Shown here piece by piece: positions 18,657 through 26,005 of a stretch of DNA of 52,717 nucleotides. The stretch covers positions 1 to 52,717 of the forward strand of contig JACPZZ010000023.1 of NCBI GenBank assembly GCA_016195275.1, in the 5' to 3' direction. Origin of the DNA: Candidatus Aenigmatarchaeota archaeon (GTDB lineage Archaea; Aenigmatarchaeota; Aenigmatarchaeia; JACPZZ01). Both the position numbers and the translations under genes were made by a program. The number at the start of each line of letters is the position of its first letter. The first letter of the stretch is position 1. The notes beneath the pieces were generated by a model. The model made no database searches, had not been told where the DNA came from, and saw only the letters and a list, made by a program, of their open reading frames with translations.

Positions 18657-19739
18657 CTACTTTTCCCTGAAATGTTCAAGCGCATTTTTGACAAGCTTGT
18701 CGAGCTCTTCTTTCATTTGATCGCTCATGTCCCGGCCCGAATAAAAATCAATCCTTGCGGCAAGCGTCGCTTTAGATGCCACGATGCGCGCTATTTTTCC
18801 CCGTGTGGGTATCGGCGCGGATATCACAGCCGGATGGTAAAATATTATGCCGTGTTTCGGCGCCTTTCCCTGTTTTTTCAGAAACCTGAACAATGCCTTT
18901 TCCGCGCCCAGTAATTGTATTGTCGAAGACGGTAATTTTGAAAGTTTGTCAAGCCCCCCTGCCAGCGAAACCAGTCTGAACGCAAGCAATGGTCCTGCTA
19001 CAGCGGATGTGTTGGGCATTATCTGCCTGCCCAGAATTTCAAGATAACTTTCGAGACCCCTTCTTTCGGCGTACATGCCTTTCAGCATCTTTCCCGTCTG
19101 TTTCACAGTTTCAAGGTCTTTTTCGTCAAATTCCATGCCAGCAGTTTCAATGTCAAATTTCCTTCCATCGCGCTCAAAGCTTCCGCGCAGGGTCTTTTCA
19201 GCCACGAAATCTGCGAATTTTTCATTATCCTTTATCAGGCCGTTTATCTCCGGAAAATAAAGGCCGTACCATTCTCTTAGATGTTCCGAAAGCGTGTTTA
19301 TGTTTTTGTTTAACTCATCAATCATCCCGACAACACGCATTCCTACTTTGTCCTTGTTGACGTTCCTGAGTTCGGACTTGGAGCTCTCTGTTCCTACGGC
19401 CGAAAGGATCTTGTTCAATTCTGATTGGGAGCCTGTCCATTTTTCCCTGATAGCGATTTCCCGGAAAACCGATTTGGCATTATTTTCCCCGGTATTTTCA
19501 GGGTCTTTTTTAAGGTAAAATTCGCCGGTCTTTGGGCAGGCGCTGTAAAATTCCTTGAAGCCCCCTTTAGCAAGCCTTCTGAGCAATACAACTTCTTCGT
19601 CCAAAAACGAATTTTTTACAGCGTTTAATTTAGCTGATATCTGCTTGGCGTCCTTTTTGAACAGCTCTTTGTCCGCAAGTTTTCCGTTCTCGTCGAACGC
19701 GAAAATGCCCACAACTGTATAGCCCAGATACGCTTTCAT
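18657..19739 (-). CDS. nop5: Nop56/58 (Nop5) C/D-box sRNP core protein
   Basis: 360 aa. Nop-domain signature LLGAEKALFRFLKKQGKAPKHGIIFYHP, a coiled-coil middle region, and the conserved archaeal nop5-flpA operon order. Confidence 0.9.
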   Translation of the reverse strand: MKAYLGYTVVGIFAFDENGKLADKELFKKDAKQISAKLNAVKNSFLDEEVVLLRRLAKGGFKEFYSACPKTGEFYLKKDPENTGENNAKSVFREIAIREKWTGSQSELNKILSAVGTESSKSELRNVNKDKVGMRVVGMIDELNKNINTLSEHLREWYGLYFPEINGLIKDNEKFADFVAEKTLRGSFERDGRKFDIETAGMEFDEKDLETVKQTGKMLKGMYAERRGLESYLEILGRQIMPNTSAVAGPLLAFRLVSLAGGLDKLSKLPSSTIQLLGAEKALFRFLKKQGKAPKHGIIFYHPAVISAPIPTRGKIARIVASKATLAARIDFYSGRDMSDQMKEELDKLVKNALEHFREK

Positions 19740-19779
19740 TTTTTTACACCTTTCATTTGACTTATCTAAGTATTTTGAA

Positions 19780-19934
19780 TGCGGGGGGCCGGATTTGAAC
19801 CGACGAACCCACTAAGGGATCAGATCTTGAGTCTGACGCCTTTGATCATTGGTTGTTCAGACAGACGCATACCATGTATGCGTCAGTTTGCTCCACCTCA
19901 TCACTCAAGTTTGACCGGACTTGGCTACCCCCGC
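19780..19934 (-). tRNA. tRNA-Leu(CAA), class II, with a 69-nt intron in the D-loop
   Basis: Hand fold: GCGGGGG-TA-GCC-AAGTCCGGTCAAA[intron]GGC-G-TCAGA-CTCAAGA-TCTGA, variable arm TCCCTTAGTGGGTTC, T arm GTCGG-TTCAAAT-CCGGC, then CCCCCGC-A. The intron is about 19841-19909. The boundary is ambiguous by up to 5 nt because TCAAA is repeated at both junctions. Confidence 0.75.
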
Positions 19935-20008
19935 AGCCTAAACTGATAGTGTTGACATGCGTTTTGGTTTGCCGATCAATCCCTGTTTTCTTCAGAAATA
20001 TTAATAGG

Positions 20009-20479
20009 TTAAGAAGAAATAGCCTTGACTTCGCTTTTTAACTTCTCCAGCTGCGCTTTTAACTCGTTTAAGGAAACCTTCATTTCCGCCCGTTTAGCCT
20101 CGAGTTCCAGGTCTATGTTCAATCCCTGCGGCCGTCCCATCTCGGCATCCAGCGTTTCTATGATCTTATTGGTCTTGTCCAGGGTCGCACCAAGGGCCCT
20201 GTTTGTTTCCATGAACATCTCCTGGGCGCTGTTTAGGACAGAACCAAGCTGTTTCAGGGTCTCTATGTCGTTTTTCAAAGCCCCGAAATAAGAAAGCATT
20301 TCCTTGTAACGGTCAACTTTGATGAATAAAGGCGCCTCGCGCACCGGCGTAGGTTCTGCGGGCTTTTGCACAGGTCCGGCCGCAGGAAATTCGTGGGTCA
20401 TAAGAGCCTGCTCATTCTCCATGGCAGGGCTCAATTCCCCGGAAAGTTTCTTTTTTACAAACCAGACCATATCATTCAT
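20009..20479 (-). CDS. coiled-coil protein, function unknown
   Basis: 156-aa ORF with an ATG start. A Pro-rich linker (PVQKPAEPTPV) is followed by long heptad-like helices. I recognise no enzymatic motif. Confidence 0.5.
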   Translation of the reverse strand: MNDMVWFVKKKLSGELSPAMENEQALMTHEFPAAGPVQKPAEPTPVREAPLFIKVDRYKEMLSYFGALKNDIETLKQLGSVLNSAQEMFMETNRALGATLDKTNKIIETLDAEMGRPQGLNIDLELEAKRAEMKVSLNELKAQLEKLKSEVKAISS

Positions 20480-20581
20480 TCTCTTTTGATTGACCTTTTC
20501 CTAAAAGGTCATATAATAACATTCAGATCCGGCTAATATAAATTTGCTTGCAGGACTAATCTGAGAAAAGACGGTTAAAAT

Positions 20582-20672
20582 GCGGCCATGGTCTAGCGGT
20601 AAGACACGAAAGCTTTAGCGGCTGTGTAAGCTTCCCAAGCTCGTTACCCGGGTCCGAATCCCGGTGGCCGCA
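20582..20672 (+). tRNA. tRNA-Gly(CCC) with a 20-nt intron inside the anticodon stem (position 29/30)
   Basis: GCGGCCA-TG-GTCT-AGCGGTA-AGAC-A-CGA[aagctttagcggctgtgtaa]GC-TTCCCAA-GCTCG-TTAC-CCGGG-TCCGAAT-CCCGG-TGGCCGC-A. Removing 20610-20629 restores a perfect CGAGC/GCTCG stem. The T-loop reads UCCGAAU (C at position 55), which is unusual. Confidence 0.7.
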
Positions 20673-21613
20673 TGATCATCAACCCAGGAATTTACAACCT
20701 CTTTTATGCCTTTCCTGTAACCTACAGTGGGACTGTAACCCAAAACCTGTTTTGCCTTTGAGATATCGTAATACCTGTCGCTTGATATGACCTTGATGTA
20801 GCGTTCAAGGACCTGGGGATCTTTCCCCTGTAATTTTTTGATGATATAATTTATTTTCGCGCCCCACACCGCAATTCTTTTGCTGACGTGTTCGTTTGGA
20901 GGAGCAACGCCAAGAAATCCAGAAACCAGCGCAAACGCCTCTTTCTGCGTTATCACTTCAGGCCCGCCTATGTTGAATGCGTCGTTAAACGGTTTTTTTA
21001 CAGCAGCCAGATAGAAAGCCTGCGCGCAATCCTTTGCATGAACAAAATGCAGCCTGTTGTTGCCGTCTCCGATAATCTTCATCCTGCCTGATCTGATCAG
21101 GCTCGTTATGCTCTTGAAGCCGGTCTCAAACCCCGCGCCGTAAATCACTGTGGGGCGCAGGAAAGTGTAGCCTATTCCGGATTTTTTAATTTCGTCTTCG
21201 GATTTGATCTTGCTTAAGCCGTAAGCGTCCTTGGCATTGCGGCCCAAATCTTCTGACACAGGAAGTTTCGGATTAAACCCGTAAACAGCCACAGAACTCG
21301 CATAAACGAATTTTACCGCGTCAGCTTCGACGGCAGCATCAAGGACGTTTTTCGTCCCTTCGTAATTTATCCTCATCATGTATTTCGGTGATTTTCTGAA
21401 ATCCAGCGTCGCTGCCAGATGGACCACCGTTTCGACGCCTTTCAGGGCTTTCGGCAAAGAACCCTTGTCTAGGATATCTGCCTGTACGACTTCGGAATTG
21501 CGCAATCTTTGCATGCCGGTGCGGGACATTAACCTGGTCTTAAGGCCTTTTGATGAAAACAGCCGCGAAACGTAAGAGCCGAGATTGCCATCCGCGCCGG
21601 TTATCAGTATCAT
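20615..21613 (-). CDS. NAD-dependent epimerase/dehydratase family protein (SDR)
   Basis: 332 aa. ITGADGNLGSYV Rossmann motif and YGLSKIKSE (YxxxK). The last ~19 codons run antisense through tRNA-Gly. Confidence 0.8.
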   Translation of the reverse strand: MILITGADGNLGSYVSRLFSSKGLKTRLMSRTGMQRLRNSEVVQADILDKGSLPKALKGVETVVHLAATLDFRKSPKYMMRINYEGTKNVLDAAVEADAVKFVYASSVAVYGFNPKLPVSEDLGRNAKDAYGLSKIKSEDEIKKSGIGYTFLRPTVIYGAGFETGFKSITSLIRSGRMKIIGDGNNRLHFVHAKDCAQAFYLAAVKKPFNDAFNIGGPEVITQKEAFALVSGFLGVAPPNEHVSKRIAVWGAKINYIIKKLQGKDPQVLERYIKVISSDRYYDISKAKQVLGYSPTVGYRKGIKEVVNSWVDDHAATGIRTRVTSLGSLHSR

Positions 21614-21644
21614 GATTTAATACTCGGCAACGCATCTTATATTT

Positions 21645-22217
21645 ATGAACGAAATTGAGCGGCTTGCAAAATTGATTTTCGAAGCCGGCCAGTTAAAGCG
21701 GTTGCCGAGAAGCGGCTGGTCTTTTGCAGGCATAAAAAACCCGGAAAGCGTCGCCGACCATTCCTGGCGCGCGTCCGTGATCGGGCTTTTCCTTGCAAAA
21801 ATGGAAAATGTCGACGAAAACAAGGTTGTGAAGATGTGCTTGCTTCATGATTTCGCTGAAACGAGAACAGGCGATATAAATCGTGTTAACGACCGTTATG
21901 TCGAAAACAAGGGTGAAAGAAAGGCGTTCTCTGATATTTTTTCGGGGCTTTTTGATAATGGGTTCATTGATATGTTTTTGGAGCGCGAAGATAAAAAAAC
22001 CAAGGAGGCAATTGTGGCAACAGACGCCGATTTATTGGAAATGTTTGTCCAGGCAAAAGAGTATAAAGAGTCTTCAGCGTTCCCTTCTATCTACGATTGG
22101 ATGAAAAACGCCAAGGTGAAATTGAAAACAAAAAGCGCCAAGGAATTAGCGGACAAATTGGAACAGATGGATCCAACTTCGTGGTGGGACGGCCTGAAAA
22201 AAATCCCCAAAAATTAA
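21645..22217 (+). CDS. HD-domain phosphohydrolase (YfbR-like 5-prime-deoxynucleotidase family)
   Basis: 190 aa. RLPRSGW, SVADHSWR and LLHDFAETRTGD motifs. Confidence 0.8.
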   Translation: MNEIERLAKLIFEAGQLKRLPRSGWSFAGIKNPESVADHSWRASVIGLFLAKMENVDENKVVKMCLLHDFAETRTGDINRVNDRYVENKGERKAFSDIFSGLFDNGFIDMFLEREDKKTKEAIVATDADLLEMFVQAKEYKESSAFPSIYDWMKNAKVKLKTKSAKELADKLEQMDPTSWWDGLKKIPKN

Positions 22218-23221
22218 AGTTCTCTAACGCCGTTCTTGGTAACCAAAAAATCGTTTTCAAACCTAACCCCGCCGCGGTTTACGTCATAAAACCCGGGTTC
22301 AATAGTAAACACCATGCCAGGCTCGAAAGCCTTTTTGAAATTGCTCAGGGAATTTTCATGCACGTCGCGGCCGAGGAAATGGCCTATTGAATGGATGAAC
22401 CCTTTGCCAAGAATGGACTGCGCCGATTTCTGCATCTCGAATCCTGTGCCGCCATTTTCCGCTATTGCAACGCATTTATCATAGGTTTTCATTACCTTGC
22501 TTTCCGCCTGCGCAAACCAAGCGCTCCTTTTTTTGAACACGCAGCGCGTAATATCCGCGCAATAACCCCTGTAACGCGCGCCGAAATCCGCAAGAACCAT
22601 ATCCTTGATTTTTTTAAAACCTGTCGAATAATGCGGCAGCGCAGAATTTTTATCGGCAGCGCAGATTGTGGGAAACGCAATGCCGCAGCCATTCATGCGC
22701 ATAAAAGCCTCTATCCTAGAAGCGAGGTCACTTTCCCTGGTAATCGCAGAAACGGAATCGTCCAGCGCTTTTTTGCTCACGCCAACAGCGGTTTTTATCC
22801 TTTTTACCTCGTTGTTGTCTTTGATCATCCGGCATTCTTCAAAACAGGAAGAAACGTCAATTAGTTTTAATCCGTTGGACCTCAGCCTGTTCCCGGAAGC
22901 GTACGAAAGCCTGTCGGCAACAACGCCTATTTTTCCGGATCTGGCGTATCTTTTTATTATTCCGATTTTCTCGGAACGTTTCGTTATCACCGTGGGTTTT
23001 TTGATCCCCTGTTTTCTTGCACCCTCGTAGTCCAGTTCAGACACGATTATTTCGGCCCTGTTTTTTTGTAGCATCGCAAAGCAGCCTTCGAAGGGGCCTT
23101 CCAGGTCTGTGACGTAATAAAAATTCTCGTCCGGCGTATTCGGCAGAAAAACAGCGTCTATGTCAAGGCCTTTGGAATCAATTATTTTCCACAGCCTTTT
23201 AAGACGTTCCAAAAAAATCAC
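22214..23221 (-). CDS. M24-family Xaa-Pro peptidase
   Basis: 335 aa. Creatinase-like N-domain plus pita-bread C-domain, with metal-ligand contexts DFGARYRGYCADITR, HSIGH and FTIEPGFY. The GTG start overlaps the upstream stop (GTGA). Confidence 0.85.
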   Translation of the reverse strand: MIFLERLKRLWKIIDSKGLDIDAVFLPNTPDENFYYVTDLEGPFEGCFAMLQKNRAEIIVSELDYEGARKQGIKKPTVITKRSEKIGIIKRYARSGKIGVVADRLSYASGNRLRSNGLKLIDVSSCFEECRMIKDNNEVKRIKTAVGVSKKALDDSVSAITRESDLASRIEAFMRMNGCGIAFPTICAADKNSALPHYSTGFKKIKDMVLADFGARYRGYCADITRCVFKKRSAWFAQAESKVMKTYDKCVAIAENGGTGFEMQKSAQSILGKGFIHSIGHFLGRDVHENSLSNFKKAFEPGMVFTIEPGFYDVNRGGVRFENDFLVTKNGVREL

Positions 23222-23523
23222 TCGAAAATCGTTCCAAAACCCTGCGCCACAGCGTCCTCTTCGTCGGATATTTGCTTTAGAATTTTATCCTTTTCCGCGC
23301 CTTCAACAGGCTTGCCTTTCTCCCCAATCAGCCCTTTGGCATTCAGCAAAGCCTCTTCAGAACCTGATATTTTGACGCATACGGCATCCTCTTTTGAGCC
23401 AAAATTGCCGGCATTGCGGAACGTCAGGGATTGGCGCGAAACTATGTCATCCTTCAACAAGGCCTGCTCGACCTCTGGAAAAGTCTGCCTCGGAATAAAA
23501 TAAACCGCATCCATATCAATCAT
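23218..23523 (-). CDS. small acidic protein of unknown function with ribosomal-stalk-like C-terminal tail
   Basis: 101-aa ORF with an ATG start, translationally coupled to the M24 peptidase. It ends ...SDEEDAVAQGFGTIFE. Confidence 0.5.
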   Translation of the reverse strand: MIDMDAVYFIPRQTFPEVEQALLKDDIVSRQSLTFRNAGNFGSKEDAVCVKISGSEEALLNAKGLIGEKGKPVEGAEKDKILKQISDEEDAVAQGFGTIFE

Positions 23524-23632
23524 TGAATAATAATTTGAGCAATGTTTAAATAATCATTAAATGAGTCTTTGATGTGTTCTGTGAAGTGTGAAGTTGGTTA
23601 TTTTTTGACCGGAGAGAACAGAATAGAGGGCC

Positions 23633-23812
23633 CTAGAGAGAAGGATACGGAGGAAAATGCGGTGTGTCTGAACGGCGGTATTCGCTCGCTCTCTTTTTGC
23701 GTGCTCTTTCCTCCAACTCTTTTTTTATCTCCGGTTCATGTGGTTTAAGTTCTTTGAACTTACGATCCAGCTCTTCCCGAGTTTCTGATATCCGGTCTTT
23801 CACATCGTTCAA
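23633..23812 (-). CDS. possible unlisted 59-aa Lys/Glu/Arg-rich ORF (TTG start)
   Basis: My translation: (M)NDVKDRISETREELDRKFKELKPHEPEIKKELEERARKKRASEYRRSDTPHFPPYPSL. It falls just below the ORF-track length cut-off. There is no ATG and no recognised motif. Confidence 0.2.
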   Translation of the reverse strand: MNDVKDRISETREELDRKFKELKPHEPEIKKELEERARKKRASEYRRSDTPHFPPYPSL

Positions 23813-23887
23813 ACTAGCAATCGAAATTCCGCCTCTATGAGTGTGAAAACAACAATGGATTTAAAGTTTCCACCCTTCAGTTAGTTT

Positions 23888-24292
23888 ATGGATCTGATGA
23901 CCTATCTAAACGATCACAGTAACCCCATGGGCGGGGACAACGCACACCGCAGGTTTTTGAACTACATCTCCTCGAGGCTGGACCATATAGGCATACCGCC
24001 CGATTCCTGTGTTTTTTGGGAGGTGGCAATGTCTTACAATGGTTTTAATATCGGAAGGGTGGATTTGGCCGCGTTGGACATGGAAACCCTGTATTTGGTA
24101 GAGGCAAAGGTCGCCCGGAAAGGTCCAATAAGGAAAGGGGGAGAACTTGGCAACACGAGAAACAGGATAAACAGACAGTTACGAAAGGCACACGATTTTT
24201 TCGAGAAACTGTTCGGCATTGATGCCACGTGCATAGGGGTTTACCGAAGATCCGGTGCACAGCGTTTTGACTCCTATGAGCTTTACAGGTAA
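23888..24292 (+). CDS. predicted PD-(D/E)xK-fold nuclease (Hjc/endonuclease-like), orphan
   Basis: 134 aa. GRVDLAALDMETLYLVEAKV matches the D...(D/E)-x-K core arrangement seen in Hjc (VDLVA...L.IEVK). The rest of the protein is not recognisable. Confidence 0.45.
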   Translation: MDLMTYLNDHSNPMGGDNAHRRFLNYISSRLDHIGIPPDSCVFWEVAMSYNGFNIGRVDLAALDMETLYLVEAKVARKGPIRKGGELGNTRNRINRQLRKAHDFFEKLFGIDATCIGVYRRSGAQRFDSYELYR

Positions 24293-24321
24293 TGATTTTT
24301 CATAAGCCTCAGACGATATAA

Positions 24322-25395
24322 TCAGTGGTGATCAAAAAATCTAAGCTGGCCAGGCAAATCAACGAACGCCAGCCCAAGCTCATCCGCCTTTTCCCTTACC
24401 ATGTTAAACCTTTCTCCGCCGTGCGGGGCCAGTACCGCTGTTATTCCCAATTCGTGCGCAAGTTCTATGCTGTCTGTGAATGGGAAAAACCCGTCGCTCA
24501 CAAGCACGGAACCCGGTATGCTGTAATCTGCGACCCGCGTGAGACCTTCCTTTTCTGCGAGTTCTGCCAACTTTTGATTTTTGTATGCGGCAATGTCTAT
24601 GCACATTATCCTGTCCTGCTGGCCTGTTCCCAACCCCGTTGTATAACCGTCCTTTACCATTCGTATGGAATTCGAACGCATTCTTATTCTATAGCCGGTG
24701 AGCAGGTCCTGCATCTCTCTTTCAGTGGGCTGTCTTTTCGAAACCACGTACAGGGCAAGGTCGTTCTCGCTTCTGATGGGCGTTAAAAGGGGATCGCTTC
24801 TGATTATCGAACCGTCAGGAAGCATTCTTACATCCAAGCCTTTATCGCCGGAAAATCTGGGTATAGCTTTGAACGCGCGTTCGTCGTACTCGAATATCCT
24901 TATGCTGCCTTTGAACCTGCCAACAACACCTTCATCGTAACCCGGCGCCACAAGAACTTCTGTGAACAAATCTCTTACAGCTTCTGCCGTGTCGACATCG
25001 ATAGGCCTGTTGAAAAAAGTTGTGCTTCCGAATGCTGCGCGAAAATCCGCGTCTCTGGCTTTGCGATAAGTCACGCCAAGAGGCTCTGGTTGATATTGCG
25101 TTGCAAAGCCGCTTGGGTTTTCGTGCTTCATTATTACAACCGACGGATCATCGAAAAAACCTTCTGTCAGGGCTGCATAATATATGTCTTCCATGTTTGT
25201 CTGGGATGGACCCTGCTTTCCGGTTCTGTGCTCGCGCAAACTTCCAAGGAAAGAACTTGGATTGTAAAGTGCGGCTGTTTGGGTGGGATTAGTGCCGTAC
25301 CTGAGGTCCTGAACTTTTTTGTAAAATCTGCCGTCCACAAACAAGGAATCTGGGTGATCTCCCACAACCTTTGTTTTCAACGGGTCTGTTGTCAT
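24322..25395 (-). CDS. purH: AICAR formyltransferase domain protein (PurH C-terminal domain only)
   Basis: 357 aa. RYGTNPTQ, KHENPSGFA, GLGTGQQDRI, SDGFFPFTDS and a terminal RFFDHH match AICARFT signatures. No MGS/IMP-cyclohydrolase domain is present. Confidence 0.85.
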   Translation of the reverse strand: MTTDPLKTKVVGDHPDSLFVDGRFYKKVQDLRYGTNPTQTAALYNPSSFLGSLREHRTGKQGPSQTNMEDIYYAALTEGFFDDPSVVIMKHENPSGFATQYQPEPLGVTYRKARDADFRAAFGSTTFFNRPIDVDTAEAVRDLFTEVLVAPGYDEGVVGRFKGSIRIFEYDERAFKAIPRFSGDKGLDVRMLPDGSIIRSDPLLTPIRSENDLALYVVSKRQPTEREMQDLLTGYRIRMRSNSIRMVKDGYTTGLGTGQQDRIMCIDIAAYKNQKLAELAEKEGLTRVADYSIPGSVLVSDGFFPFTDSIELAHELGITAVLAPHGGERFNMVREKADELGLAFVDLPGQLRFFDHH

Positions 25396-25443
25396 ACAAT
25401 CATCTTAACTAATAAAGCATCCCAAACTTAAAAATCCACGTTA

Positions 25444-25488
25444 AGCCTCTGGTGGGATTCGAACCCGCAACCTTCTACTAGGTAAATA
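25444..25488 (-). other. orphan tRNA 3-prime-half-like element (anticodon-arm-like stem, T arm, acceptor 3-prime strand)
   Basis: Minus-strand RNA reads TCTAT-TTACCTA-GTAGA-AGGTT-GCGGG-TTCGAAT-CCCAC-CAGAGGC-T. The T stem has one C.A mismatch. No matching 5-prime acceptor strand (G[CU][CU]U[CU]UG) is found up to 26005. Confidence 0.4.
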
Positions 25489-25518
25489 GACACGCGCCAT
25501 ACAAAACAGGCGCGTGTC
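25489..25518 (-). repeat. perfect 10-bp GC-rich hairpin abutting the orphan tRNA half
   Basis: GACACGCGCC-TGTTTTGTAT-GGCGCGTGTC. The segment CCTGTTTTGTA is identical to 11 nt of the anticodon arm of the adjacent tRNA-Thr. Confidence 0.7.
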
Positions 25519-25528
25519 AGTTATCAAT

Positions 25529-25602
25529 AGCCTCGGACGAGATTTGAACTCGTAGCCGCCTGTTTACAAAACAGGAGCTCTGCCGGATTGAGCTACCGAG
25601 GC
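25529..25602 (-). tRNA. tRNA-Thr(UGU), intron-less
   Basis: GCCTCGG-TA-GCTC-AATCCGGCA-GAGC-T-CCTGT-TTTGTAA-ACAGG-CGGCT-ACGAG-TTCAAAT-CTCGT-CCGAGGC-T. All four stems are perfect. Confidence 0.9.
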
Positions 25603-25624
25603 GTACCTTAACGGTATCTTGTTA

Positions 25625-25903
25625 TCAAATCTTATAATAATAAAAGGGTATCAGGTTCGTATAATTAACTTTTGGTGCGGCGCAGTTCATTCCTAGCCTG
25701 TTTAATTCGTCATATAATATTTTTAAAAAATTCCCGTCTTTTAGGTGTATCCTGTTATGGTCGACGTAACCGTCTGTATCAGCAAGCCCTGCGATAAAAT
25801 GCATCTTTAGCTTTCTGTCATTTAACCAAGACACCACCGCAATATCACAGATACTATTCGTTAGTGATATTATCATCGGATATGTATTTAATCCGTATGG
25901 CAT
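25625..25903 (-). pseudogene. truncated free-standing LAGLIDADG homing-endonuclease ORF
   Basis: 92 aa with a clear motif HFIAGLADTDGYV. Only ~45 residues follow it, too few for a complete LAGLIDADG domain. It lies directly upstream of tRNA-Thr and the orphan tRNA half. Confidence 0.55.
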
Positions 25904-26005
25904 ACAGGTGTCCGATACGACACATCAAAACAGTATGATATTGTGGTTTCAGGCTCAATTCATACGAAGACTTATTAATATCTCTCTTAAGCCTATTTTA
26001 TTCTT

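Noticed and set aside
19841-19909. Calling the tRNA-Leu intron a complete C/D-box sRNA gene
   Set aside because: Box C and two CUGA motifs are present. However, I found no C-prime box, no terminal stem pairing the flanks of C and D, and no guide obeying the N+5 rule for position 34. It is kept only as a hypothesis in the findings.
19853-20041. 62-aa plus-strand ORF
   Set aside because: It overlaps tRNA-Leu antisense.
23524-23632. Possible C/D-box or other small RNA in the intergenic region (tgatgtg ... ctgtgaag)
   Set aside because: The box-like words are imperfect and wrongly spaced, and there is no flanking stem. It is indistinguishable from chance in AT-rich spacer DNA.
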